From Syntrophaceae bacterium (lineage in GTDB: Bacteria; Desulfobacterota; Syntrophia; Syntrophales; PHBD01), in NCBI GenBank assembly GCA_041310335.1, contig JBFYXW010000027.1:1-63142 (forward strand): a stretch of DNA of 63,142 nucleotides, written 5' to 3'. A program made the translations under genes and the position numbers. Each line of letters begins with the position of its first letter. Position 1 is the stretch's first letter. The notes beneath the pieces are model-generated. The model saw nothing but the letters and a program-made list of their open reading frames with translations. It was not told the DNA's origin and ran no database searches. Shown here in pieces: positions 24,922 through 33,704 of the stretch.

Positions 24922-26064
24922 CTAGATTCCCATGAAGCGGGCGATGATCACCTTCATGATCTCGTTGGTGCCGGCGAAGATCCGGGCCGCCCGGCTGTCC
25001 CGCCAGGCCCTCGAGATCGGATACTCGTCGCAGTAGCCGTACCCTCCGTGAAGCTGGAGGCACCGGTCGGCCACCTGGAAGGCCATATCCGTCGTCCAGT
25101 ACTTGGCCATGGAGGTCTCGATGACCACGTTCCGGCCCTCCATGTGGTCCGCCACGAGCTTGTCCACGAAGGTCCGGCCGATCTTGATCTCCGTGGCCAT
25201 CTCCACCAGGGTGAACTGGTTCACCTGGAATTTCGAGACCGGCTTCCCGAAAACGGTCCGCTCCCGGCAGTACCGGAGAGTGATGTCGAGCATGTACTCG
25301 GCCCCCGCGACGGCGACGACGGCGCAGACGAGGCGCTCCTGCTGGAGTTTCTGCATCAGCTTCAAAAATCCCGTGCCCTTTTCGCCCAGCCGGTTGGCCT
25401 TGGGGATCCGGCAGTCCGTGAAGTACAGCTCCGCCGTGTCCTGGCTGTGACAGCCCGCCTTCTGGATCCGCCGGCCCTTTTCGAAGCCCGGCGTGCCCGC
25501 CTCCACGAGGTAGAGATCCACGGCCTCGTGGGCCTTCTGCACGGACGGGTCCCGGGCGGCCAGGACGCAGAGGTCGCAGTTGATGCCGCTGGAGATGAAG
25601 GTCTTCTGGCCGTTCAGGACGATGGTGTCGCCGTTCTCCAGGGCCGTCGTTTTCATGGCCGCCAGGTCGCTGCCGGCATTGGGCTCCGTCATGGCCACCG
25701 CCGTGACGATGTCGCCGCTGACGCAGCCGGGGAGGTACTTCTGCTTTTGCTCCTCCGCGGCGAAGGAAACGACGTAGGGGACGACGATGTCGCTGTGGAG
25801 CCACGTGGAAAAACTGGAGAGGTTCGCCCGGGCCAGCTCCTCGATGACGATGACGGAGTACAGGAAATCCGCCCCGGGGCCGCCATATTCTTCGGGAACC
25901 GACATCCCCAGGAACCCCTGCCGCCCCATCCTCCTCCAGACGTCCCTGGGCACGATGCCCGCTTCTTCCCACGCCTCGCTTTGAGGGGCCAGCTCGTTTG
26001 CCACGAACCGGCGCATGGTTTCACGATAGATCTTGTGTTCTTCCGTATAGTTGAGAATGTCCAC
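24922..26064 (-). CDS. Acyl-CoA dehydrogenase (paralog of 60708-61850)
   Basis: Likely GTG start at 26064, 6 nt after GGAGG (VDILNYTEEHKIYRETMRRF), by homology with MEILHYSEEHRIFRDTLRKF of the paralog. MTEPNAGSD, IFAGTNEIMK. Confidence 0.9.
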   Translation of the reverse strand: MDILNYTEEHKIYRETMRRFVANELAPQSEAWEEAGIVPRDVWRRMGRQGFLGMSVPEEYGGPGADFLYSVIVIEELARANLSSFSTWLHSDIVVPYVVSFAAEEQKQKYLPGCVSGDIVTAVAMTEPNAGSDLAAMKTTALENGDTIVLNGQKTFISSGINCDLCVLAARDPSVQKAHEAVDLYLVEAGTPGFEKGRRIQKAGCHSQDTAELYFTDCRIPKANRLGEKGTGFLKLMQKLQQERLVCAVVAVAGAEYMLDITLRYCRERTVFGKPVSKFQVNQFTLVEMATEIKIGRTFVDKLVADHMEGRNVVIETSMAKYWTTDMAFQVADRCLQLHGGYGYCDEYPISRAWRDSRAARIFAGTNEIMKVIIARFMGI

Positions 26065-26137
26065 CTTCTGCCTCCAACGAGATGTGCTGCTGCAAATCAC
26101 CTGTTTTCCGGATGGTCCCTCCGCGGAAGGGAACCCG

Positions 26138-27175
26138 CTACGACACCATGGCGCGGCGGTCCTCCAGGACCTCCCGCGCTTCCCGGACGATCCGTTCCAC
26201 GAGCTCCGCCACCGCGGGCTCGTCGTGAACCAGTCCCGTCACCTGCCCCATGGGCAGGAGCCCCTCCTCCGTGTCCCCCTGTTCCGTGGCCACCAGGATG
26301 CGCTTGTAGGCGTTGGCGAAATAGGCCAGCTGCCGGGCGTTCTTCCAGCCCGAGGCCAGGACACCGAAAAACAGCTTCCAGTAAGGCAGGCGCAACTGCG
26401 CCGCGATGATGCGGGAGTTGAAGAAGGCGGCCGGCAGGTTCAGGCCGCTCTTCAGGGCCCTCCGGGCCGCCCGGTTGTCCACGACCCGGCAGGGAATGCC
26501 GTCGAAGCGGGGTGAGTAAAGGGTATCATAAACGTCCTTTTCCAGGGACGCTTTCTTGTAGTTCCCGTGGAGGGCGCTCTCCCGGGTCGTCATGAAGCGG
26601 GTCCCCATGGCGACGGCGGAGGCGCCCAGGGACAGGGCGGCGGCGAGTCCGCGGCCGTCGGAGAAGCCGCCGGCGGCGATGACGGGGATCCGGAGCCGGT
26701 CCACGAGGTGCGGGATCAGGACGAGAGACGTCACCGGGCTGCCATGCCCCGCGGCCTCGTAGCCCGTGGCGATGACCGCGTCGGCCCCCTGGTCCTGGGC
26801 CCGACTCGCCTGGTGAAGATTGACCACCGTGGAGATCACCTTTCCGCCGTAGGCGTGGGCCTCCCGGATCAGCCAGTCGCCCTTTCCCAGCGCGAAGTTG
26901 ATGACGGGAACCCGCTCCTCCAGGAGGGCGCGGGCGTTGTCCCGGGCCCCCGGCAGCACCAGCGAGGTGTTGGCCCCGAAGGGCCGGTCCGTGAGGCTCC
27001 GGATCTCCCGGACCGCTTCCCGGACCTCGTCGGGATTCAGGGGACCCGTCGCGAGGATGCCCAGGCCTCCGGCGTTGGACACGGCGGCGACCATCTTCGG
27101 GACGCTGATCCAGCTCATGCCGGAGAGAACGAGGGGATACCGGATTCCGAACAGCTCCGTGATCTGCGTTTTCAT
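26138..27175 (-). CDS. NMO/FabK-like FMN-dependent oxidoreductase (nitronate monooxygenase family; enoyl reductase-like)
   Basis: ATG 27175: MKTQITELFGIRYPLVLSGMSWIS, AVSNAGGLGILA, ATGYEAAGH, IPVIAAGGFSDGRG, AVAMGTRF. Confidence 0.85.
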   Translation of the reverse strand: MKTQITELFGIRYPLVLSGMSWISVPKMVAAVSNAGGLGILATGPLNPDEVREAVREIRSLTDRPFGANTSLVLPGARDNARALLEERVPVINFALGKGDWLIREAHAYGGKVISTVVNLHQASRAQDQGADAVIATGYEAAGHGSPVTSLVLIPHLVDRLRIPVIAAGGFSDGRGLAAALSLGASAVAMGTRFMTTRESALHGNYKKASLEKDVYDTLYSPRFDGIPCRVVDNRAARRALKSGLNLPAAFFNSRIIAAQLRLPYWKLFFGVLASGWKNARQLAYFANAYKRILVATEQGDTEEGLLPMGQVTGLVHDEPAVAELVERIVREAREVLEDRRAMVS

Positions 27176-27218
27176 GGATGCTTCTTTCCCTTCCCGCTCG
27201 AATGGCCGTTTCGGATTG

Positions 27219-28208
27219 CTACGCCGCACAGGCCCGCTGCGTCTTTTCCGCCTGCTCGCGGGCCTCCCGGGCCATCCGCTCCAGGAGCTCCCGGCAGGTC
27301 GGGATGTCCCCGATGAGGCCGATGGACTGGCCCACCATGAGGGGCGCGTAGTCCACGTCCCCCGTCTCCCAGGCCTGCTTGACCCGCAGGCCCGAGAGGA
27401 GCGGCAGCAGTTCTTCGAAAGCGCCGCCGCGCTCCTCGATGGCCAGGACCTCCTGGAGGACCTTCGTCTTGAGGCCGCGTCCCTGGAGGCCGATGGACTT
27501 GCCGTAGATGACCGTCTCGAACTCCTGGCGCTTCACCAGCTCCTGCTTGATGTTCTCGTGAACGGGGCACTCCCGCGTGGCCACGAAGCGGCTGGCCATC
27601 ATGACCCCCTCCGCCCCCAGGGCCAGGGCCGCCGCCAGGGTCCGGCCGTCGGCGATGCCGCCCACGGTGACCACGGGGATCTTCACGGTCTCGGCGATCC
27701 GCGGGGTCAGGACCATGCTCGTCACGTCGTCGTTCAGGGGGTGACCGCCCTCCTCGATCCCGGCGGCGTAGATCCCGTCGTAGCCGACTTTCTCGGCGTG
27801 GACGGCGTGGCGGACGGACCCCACCTTGTGAAAGAGCTTCACGCCCGCCTTCTTCAGCATCTCGATGTACTCCATCCCGGCGGCCCGGTCCGCGGGCATG
27901 CCGGAGAACTCGATGCCGTCCACCTTCTCCTCGGCGCAGACGCGGATGTACATCTTGTGGTGCTCCGCGGTGATCCGGACGGAGGGCAGCATGGTGATGT
28001 TCACCATGAAAGGCTTCTTCGTGAGTTTCCGGGTCTCCCGGATGGCGTCGCGGAAGGCGGCGTCGGTCTCGTAATTGCCCGCCGTCACGTTCCCCATGCC
28101 CCCGGCATTGGAGATGGCGGCGCAGAACGCAGGCTTGCAGAGCCACATCATGGCGCCGCAGAGAATGGGGTACTCGATTCCGAACATCTCGGTGATTTTC
28201 GTCTTCAT
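27219..28208 (-). CDS. NMO/FabK-like FMN-dependent oxidoreductase, second tandem copy
   Basis: ATG 28208: MKTKITEMFGIEYPILCGAMMWL, AISNAGGMG, AAGIEEGGH, IPVVTVGGIADGRT, GVMMASRF. Confidence 0.85.
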   Translation of the reverse strand: MKTKITEMFGIEYPILCGAMMWLCKPAFCAAISNAGGMGNVTAGNYETDAAFRDAIRETRKLTKKPFMVNITMLPSVRITAEHHKMYIRVCAEEKVDGIEFSGMPADRAAGMEYIEMLKKAGVKLFHKVGSVRHAVHAEKVGYDGIYAAGIEEGGHPLNDDVTSMVLTPRIAETVKIPVVTVGGIADGRTLAAALALGAEGVMMASRFVATRECPVHENIKQELVKRQEFETVIYGKSIGLQGRGLKTKVLQEVLAIEERGGAFEELLPLLSGLRVKQAWETGDVDYAPLMVGQSIGLIGDIPTCRELLERMAREAREQAEKTQRACAA

Positions 28209-28285
28209 GGCTTCCCTTCTCTCGAATCGTTGCATGGTTGCCGCGGCGGGGCCGCGTCTTTCCGGGGATTCACAGGAACCGCCGC

Positions 28286-29071
28286 TCACTTCCCCCGGAA
28301 GACGGGGAACCGCTTTTCCACGAAGGCCCCCGCGCCCTCCTGGAGGTCCTCCGTCAGGAAGAGGTCGCCCACGAGGCCGGCCTCGAGAACCAGGCCATCC
28401 TCCAGCGACATTTCCACCCCCTCGTTGATGGCCCTTTTGCCCGCCTCGACGGCGAGGGGGGCGTTGGCGAGGATCGAGGCGGCCAGTTTCCTGGCCTCCG
28501 CCATCACCTCCGCCGCCGGGACGACCTTTTCCAGGAGCCCCAGCTGGAAGGCGTCCCGGGCCGTGAAGAAGTCCCCCGACAGGACCATCCACTTGGCCCG
28601 CCCCTTCCCCAGGAGCCGCGCCAGGCGCTGCGTGCCGCCGGCCCCGGGGATCAGCCCCAGCTTGACCTCCGGCACGCCGATGACGGCCTCCTCCGCGGCG
28701 ATGCGGATGTCGCAGGCCGCCGCCAGTTCGCAGCCGCCGCCCAGGGCCAGGCCGTTGATGACGGCGATGACGACGAGGCGCGAGTTCTCGATCTTCGAGA
28801 AGCAGGCCTGCATCGCCCGGGAGCCCCGGACAACCTCGTCCCGCTTGCCGAACATATCCCGAAATCCCTTGATGTCCGCGCCGGCGACGAAGGCCCGCTC
28901 CCCGGCGCCGGTGAGGAGGACCACGCCGATGTCCCCGCGGCCTTCCAGCTCCTCGAACACCGCCACCAGGTCCTCCATCACGGCCGTGCTCAGGGCGTTC
29001 ATCTTCGGGTTGTCGATGGTCACGACGGCCAGGCGGCCCTCCACTTCAAAGCGCACGTACTTTCGGTTCAC
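28286..29071 (-). CDS. Enoyl-CoA hydratase/isomerase (crotonase family)
   Basis: GTG 29071 after GGGAGGAAAGAC: VNRKYVRFEVEGRLAVVTIDNPKMNAL. Motifs: LTGAGERAFVAGADI, INGLALGGGCELAAACDIRIA. Confidence 0.85.
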   Translation of the reverse strand: MNRKYVRFEVEGRLAVVTIDNPKMNALSTAVMEDLVAVFEELEGRGDIGVVLLTGAGERAFVAGADIKGFRDMFGKRDEVVRGSRAMQACFSKIENSRLVVIAVINGLALGGGCELAAACDIRIAAEEAVIGVPEVKLGLIPGAGGTQRLARLLGKGRAKWMVLSGDFFTARDAFQLGLLEKVVPAAEVMAEARKLAASILANAPLAVEAGKRAINEGVEMSLEDGLVLEAGLVGDLFLTEDLQEGAGAFVEKRFPVFRGK

Positions 29072-29166
29072 GTCTTTCCTCCCGGTATCGATTTCGGGCC
29101 TCGCGGATGCACAGGCCGGCGGGGAGTCGGCCCCGCCCTTCCCGGGCACCATCGCGCCGGCCCCGT

Positions 29167-30318
29167 TCAGATTCCGCCCTTTTTCAACATTTCCTGGACG
29201 ATGATCAGTTTCTGGATCTGGGTGGTCCCGGCGCCAAACTCGATCCCCTTCATGTCTCGGTACATCCGCTCCACGGGAAACTCGCTGATGAATCCGTAGC
29301 CCCCCAGGATCTGGACCGCCTTGTCCACGGCCCGCATGCCCACCTGGGAGCAGAACAGCTTGGCGTAAGAGGCCTCCAGGCGGACCCGCCCGCCCTGGTC
29401 GGCCAGCGTGGCCGCCCAGTAGGCCATCAGCCTCGCCGCCTGGATCTCCGTCGCCATCTCCGCCAGCATCTCCTGGATCATCTGGAAGTGGACGATGGGG
29501 AGCCCGAACTGGACCCGCTCCTGGGCGTACCGGAAGGCCACGTCGAAGGCCCCCTGGGCGACCCCGATGGGACAGATGGAGTAGACGATCCGCTCCCGGT
29601 CGAGGCCGTTCATGAGGACCCGGATGCCCGCGTTCTCCACCCCGACGACGTTCTCCGCGGGGATCTCGCAGTCTTCGAAGACGAGTTCCCCCGTGGGGGA
29701 GCCCTTCACGCCCATCTTCTTGAGGGTCTTGCCGCTGGAGAAGCCGGTGAAGCCCCGCTCGACGACGAAGGCCGTGATGCCCTTGGGCCCCGCCTCGGGG
29801 TCCGTCTTGGCATAGAGGAGGACCACGTCGGCCACGGGTCCGTTGGTGATGAACATCTTCGTCCCGTTGACGATGTAGCGGTCCCCCTTCCGGACGGCCC
29901 GGGTCTTCATGGCGAGGGCATCGGAGCCCGCCTCGGGCTCCGTGATGGCGATGGCGCCGATCTTCCGCCCCGCCATCAGGTCCGGCAGGTACTTTTTTCT
30001 CTCCTCCTCGCTGCCGTTGCGGAAGAGGTTCTCCGTGCAGAGGATCGCGTGGGCCCCGAAGGTGTTGGCCGTGGAGGCGCAGCCCCGGCCGAGTTCCTCC
30101 ATGGCCAGGACGCAGGACATGATCCCCTCGTCGCTGCCGCCGTACTCCTGGGGGATGGAGATGCCGAAGAGGCCGAGGTCCGCCATGGCCCGGAAATTCT
30201 CCGTGGGGAAAATTCCGTCCTGGTCGATCTCCGGGGCCCGGGGGATGACGACCCCGTCGACGAACCGCCGCATCGTCTCCTTGAAGATCCGCTGGTCTTC
30301 GCTCAGTTGAAAATCCAT
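29167..30318 (-). CDS. Acyl-CoA dehydrogenase, isovaleryl-CoA-dehydrogenase-like
   Basis: MDFQLSEDQRIFKETMRRF, ITEPEAGSD, GLDRERIV (Glu at the IVD-type base position), and C-terminal IEFGAGTTQI as in the IVD YEIGAGTSE motif. Confidence 0.9.
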   Translation of the reverse strand: MDFQLSEDQRIFKETMRRFVDGVVIPRAPEIDQDGIFPTENFRAMADLGLFGISIPQEYGGSDEGIMSCVLAMEELGRGCASTANTFGAHAILCTENLFRNGSEEERKKYLPDLMAGRKIGAIAITEPEAGSDALAMKTRAVRKGDRYIVNGTKMFITNGPVADVVLLYAKTDPEAGPKGITAFVVERGFTGFSSGKTLKKMGVKGSPTGELVFEDCEIPAENVVGVENAGIRVLMNGLDRERIVYSICPIGVAQGAFDVAFRYAQERVQFGLPIVHFQMIQEMLAEMATEIQAARLMAYWAATLADQGGRVRLEASYAKLFCSQVGMRAVDKAVQILGGYGFISEFPVERMYRDMKGIEFGAGTTQIQKLIIVQEMLKKGGI

Positions 30319-30333
30319 CTCGTCATCCTTTCC

Positions 30334-30789
30334 TCACGCCCTCTTCCTTCCCACATAGAAGGAGGTGTGAAAGACCAGGCAGCTCTCGTCGCGCTGGTTC
30401 TTGATGGTCGCCTCGTAGCGGAGAAGCCCCATCCGCTCGTCCCGCTCCTGCAGTTCCGCCACCACGGCCTCGCAGCGGATGGTGTCGCCGATCTTGACGG
30501 GCCCGGTGAAGCGAACCCGGTCCATCCCGTGGAAAGCGATGAAGCTCTTGGGCAAAAGGACGTGGGGGCCCAGGCGGAACATCAGCGCCGAGCCGACGAC
30601 CAGCCCCAGCATCCCGTGGGCGATCCGCTCCTTGAAGAAGGACTTCTTCGCGTACTCCACGTCGGTGTGGAGGGGGTGCCAGTCCCCCGTGAAGGCGGAG
30701 AACAGGACGATGTCCGTTTCCGTGATCGTCCGGCCCGGGCTGACCAGGCGCTCCCCCACCGTGTAATCCTCCAGCCATACCTTTTCCAT
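30334..30789 (-). CDS. MaoC-like (R)-specific enoyl-CoA hydratase, hotdog fold
   Basis: FSAFTGDWHPLHTDVEYA, IAHGML. 151 aa. GGGAGG SD. Confidence 0.85.
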   Translation of the reverse strand: MEKVWLEDYTVGERLVSPGRTITETDIVLFSAFTGDWHPLHTDVEYAKKSFFKERIAHGMLGLVVGSALMFRLGPHVLLPKSFIAFHGMDRVRFTGPVKIGDTIRCEAVVAELQERDERMGLLRYEATIKNQRDESCLVFHTSFYVGRKRA

Positions 30790-30906
30790 GGTCTACCTCC
30801 CTTGTCCCGGACGGGACGCTCAAGGCTTCGCGCCGGACCAAACCGGCCCTTCCCCCGACATACCCGGGGACCGCGGAACGTCGCCGCCTCGCGCAACGAG
30901 CCGACG

Positions 30907-32436
30907 TCACCCCTTGTCCGCGAGACCCTTCTTCAGGACGTGCTTCAGGACTTTCCCGGAGGGATTCCGGGGCAGCATGGGGATGAAATGCACGGCCTTG
31001 GGGCGCTTGAAGCCGGCCAGTTTCTCCTTGCCGAAGGCCAGGATCTCCTCCTCCGTCGCCTCCGTCCCCGGCTTGAGGACGACGGCGGCGTGGATCTTCT
31101 CCCCCCACTGGGGGTCGGGAAGCCCGAAGACCCCCACCTCCGAAACCTTGGGGTGATGCAGGAGGGCGTCCTCCACCTCCTTGGCGAAGACGTTCTCCCC
31201 CCCCGTCTTGATCATGTCCTTGAGGCGGTCGACGAAGTAGAGGAACCCCTCCCCGTCCTCCCGCACGATGTCCCCCGTGTGGAGCCAGCCGTCGACGAAG
31301 GTGGCCGCCGTCTCCTCGTCCCGCTTGTAGTAGCCCTTGATGACCGCCGGCCCCTTCAGGAGCAGCTCCCCCGCCTGGCCGACGGGCACGCTCCCGCCCC
31401 GGTCGTCGACGATGCGGTATCCCAGCAGCGGGTTGACGACACCGATGGCACCGGATTTCCGGAAGGTGTTCTCGTGGGACAGGACCGTGGCGTTGCCGCC
31501 GCTGGACTCCGTCAGGCCGTACGAATAGACCAGCTTTGCCCGGGGCATGTACTGGAGCACGTCCCGCTTCAGCTCGTCGGGGAAGGTGGCCGCCGCGGTG
31601 GCGAAGAGGCGGACGTGGGTGATGTCGTGGGCGATGGCCTCGGGGACCGCCATGATCCAGCTCCACAGGAAGGGCGGAACCACGATGACGACGGAGACCT
31701 TCTCCTCGTGGATGGCCTTCATGAACTGCACGGCGTCGAACCGGTGCTGCAGGACGATGGAGCCTCCCGCCGCCAGCATGGGGTGGAGGCAGTTGTTCTG
31801 GATGACGTGAAACAGGGGCAGCACCTGGAGTCCCACGTCCTCGGGGGTGATGTTCATGGCCCCGATGGAGGTGTGGATCGCCGTCAGGGCGTTGAGGTGG
31901 CTGAGCATGCCCAGCTTCGAGACGCCCGTGGTGCCGCCGGTGCAGATGAAGCAGTAGACGTCCTCCGGCAGGACCTCCACGTCCGGCGCCTCATCGCGGC
32001 CCGACTGGAGAAGCGCCTCGTAGGCCCCGGCCCAGGGGGGGACATCGCCCCCGATCTGGAGCCAGGTCGAAACCTTTGGCAGGGCCGGCCGCATGGCCTC
32101 CACGGCCGGTTTGAAATCGGGATGAAAGATCAGGACCCGGGCGTCCGACAGGTCGACGAGGTACTCGATGTCCTTCGGAACGAGCCTGGACATGACGGGA
32201 AAGTAGACGAGCCCCGCCTTGGCGCAGGCGTAGTTCGCCTCGACGATGGCCGGAACATTTTCGGTGAGGATGGCCACCTTGTCGCCCTTCTTCAGGCCCA
32301 GGCCGATCAGCGCCTGGGCAAGGCGGTTGACGCGGCCGTCGAACTGCCGCCAGGTCCACCGCTCGCCTTCGAAGATCAGGGCAACCTTGTCGGGGTACTG
32401 GATCGCGTTGCGCGTGGGGATATTGCCGATGTTCAT
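30907..32436 (-). CDS. AMP-dependent acyl-CoA ligase
   Basis: FICTGGTTGVSK, SYGLTESSG, TGDIVREDGEGFLYFVDR, PSGKVLK. AAGGAGG SD. Confidence 0.9.
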   Translation of the reverse strand: MNIGNIPTRNAIQYPDKVALIFEGERWTWRQFDGRVNRLAQALIGLGLKKGDKVAILTENVPAIVEANYACAKAGLVYFPVMSRLVPKDIEYLVDLSDARVLIFHPDFKPAVEAMRPALPKVSTWLQIGGDVPPWAGAYEALLQSGRDEAPDVEVLPEDVYCFICTGGTTGVSKLGMLSHLNALTAIHTSIGAMNITPEDVGLQVLPLFHVIQNNCLHPMLAAGGSIVLQHRFDAVQFMKAIHEEKVSVVIVVPPFLWSWIMAVPEAIAHDITHVRLFATAAATFPDELKRDVLQYMPRAKLVYSYGLTESSGGNATVLSHENTFRKSGAIGVVNPLLGYRIVDDRGGSVPVGQAGELLLKGPAVIKGYYKRDEETAATFVDGWLHTGDIVREDGEGFLYFVDRLKDMIKTGGENVFAKEVEDALLHHPKVSEVGVFGLPDPQWGEKIHAAVVLKPGTEATEEEILAFGKEKLAGFKRPKAVHFIPMLPRNPSGKVLKHVLKKGLADKG

Positions 32437-32486
32437 GGGTCAACCTCCTTCCGAAAACCGGCCCCCGCGAACACTTGCCGCGCGAG

Positions 32487-32502
32487 GGCAAAGGGAATGC
32501 CG
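32487..32502 (-). promoter_or_regulatory. Candidate internal sigma54 (-24/-12) promoter upstream of the ligase at 32436
   Basis: The minus strand reads CGGCATTCCCTTTGCC. GG-N10-GC spacing is correct and TTGC is present. It is weaker than the other two (C after TTGC, TT instead of CG after GGCA). Confidence 0.35.
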
Positions 32503-32530
32503 CCCCGGCAGGGGCTTCCTCCAGGGTCCG

Positions 32531-33691
32531 CTACAGGCGGATCTCCAGGTCCGACAGGGGGTAGGCCAGGCAGGCGTGGACGTGGCCGGACCAGCGGTCC
32601 GCTTCCCGGATCGCTGCCCGGTCCGGCATGAAGACCCGGCCGCTTAAGACCTTCATCCGGCAGTACCCGCACTCGCCGCTCCGGCAGAGGGAGGGTGCGG
32701 AAATCCCGTGCTGCTCGAGGGTGTTGAGCAGGGGCTCCCCGGCCCGGGCGGGAATCGTCCGCAGTCCACGCACCGCCACCTGGAAGACGCGATGGGGCTC
32801 TGCATCCGCCGGCCAGCCCGCCTCTTTCGTGACGTCCGCCAGGGGCCCGGAGGCCTCGCACCGGATCCTCCGGCGGGGAACGCCCAGCTTCTCCAGTTCC
32901 GGTTTGACGAAGCGGTACATCTCTTCCGGCCCGCAGAGAAAAAAGGTCTTTCCCTCCGGGGATCCCGCGAAGCGCCGGATCGCCTCGGCCGTGAGGAAGC
33001 CCCGGGGACCCCGGTAGCCCGGCGGGGGCTCCGAGATCAGGAAGCGGACCCGGATGCGGTCATGGGCGCGGGCGAGGGCGGCGAGTTCGCGGCGGTAGAT
33101 GACGTCGCCGGGGGTGCGGCTCCCGTAGAGAAGCCCGATCCTCCGGGGAAGCCCCCGCTCGACGGTTTCGCGGATCAGGCTGCGGAAGGGGGTAATCCCG
33201 GAGCCGCCGGCCAGGAAGACCAGGTCGTCCGTGTCGATGAGGGGCTCGTGATAGAACGTGCCCGCGGGGCCCGAGATCGTGAAGGCGTCGCCGGCCTTGA
33301 CCTCGTCCAGGAGGAAGGGGGAGACGAAGCCCCCCGCCTGCCGGCGGACGGTGAGCTCGTAGAAGCCCCGCTCGTGGGGCGGCGAGGCGATGGAGAAGGC
33401 CCGCCCCGTCCTCACGGCGCCGACCTCCACGGACCAGTTTACGTACTGGCCCGCCCGGAAGGGGGGAAGGTACCCGTCCCGGGCCGCCAGCCGGAACGTT
33501 TTGGCCGTGGGGGTTTCCTCCCGGACCTCCGTCACGACGACGCCGATCTCCCGGGGATGCAGGCGGCCGATGACCTCCGCCGCGAAATGCCCGGGCAGCG
33601 CCACATCGCCGCGGGCCTTCTCCAGGACCTGCCGCTCCTGGAAGGCTTCCGCGAACCCGTCGACGTGGGCGAGATATTCCTGGATGTCCAT
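32531..33691 (-). CDS. FNR-type flavin reductase fused to a C-terminal plant-type [2Fe-2S] ferredoxin domain
   Basis: RAFSIASPP (RxYS-type FAD motif), FLAGGSGITPF (NAD(P)H motif), C-terminal CRSGECGYCRMK...HACL (C-x4-C-x2-C...C). Confidence 0.85.
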   Translation of the reverse strand: MDIQEYLAHVDGFAEAFQERQVLEKARGDVALPGHFAAEVIGRLHPREIGVVVTEVREETPTAKTFRLAARDGYLPPFRAGQYVNWSVEVGAVRTGRAFSIASPPHERGFYELTVRRQAGGFVSPFLLDEVKAGDAFTISGPAGTFYHEPLIDTDDLVFLAGGSGITPFRSLIRETVERGLPRRIGLLYGSRTPGDVIYRRELAALARAHDRIRVRFLISEPPPGYRGPRGFLTAEAIRRFAGSPEGKTFFLCGPEEMYRFVKPELEKLGVPRRRIRCEASGPLADVTKEAGWPADAEPHRVFQVAVRGLRTIPARAGEPLLNTLEQHGISAPSLCRSGECGYCRMKVLSGRVFMPDRAAIREADRWSGHVHACLAYPLSDLEIRL

Positions 33692-33704
33692 GCGATCCCT
33701 GCCT

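Noticed and set aside
29107-32631. 1174-aa plus-strand ORF. The same class includes 33390-36173, 38328-41306, 43004-45811 and 55833-59873.
   Set aside because: All are antisense to strings of motif-bearing minus-strand genes with good SD sequences. They cross several real gene boundaries and have biased low-complexity composition.
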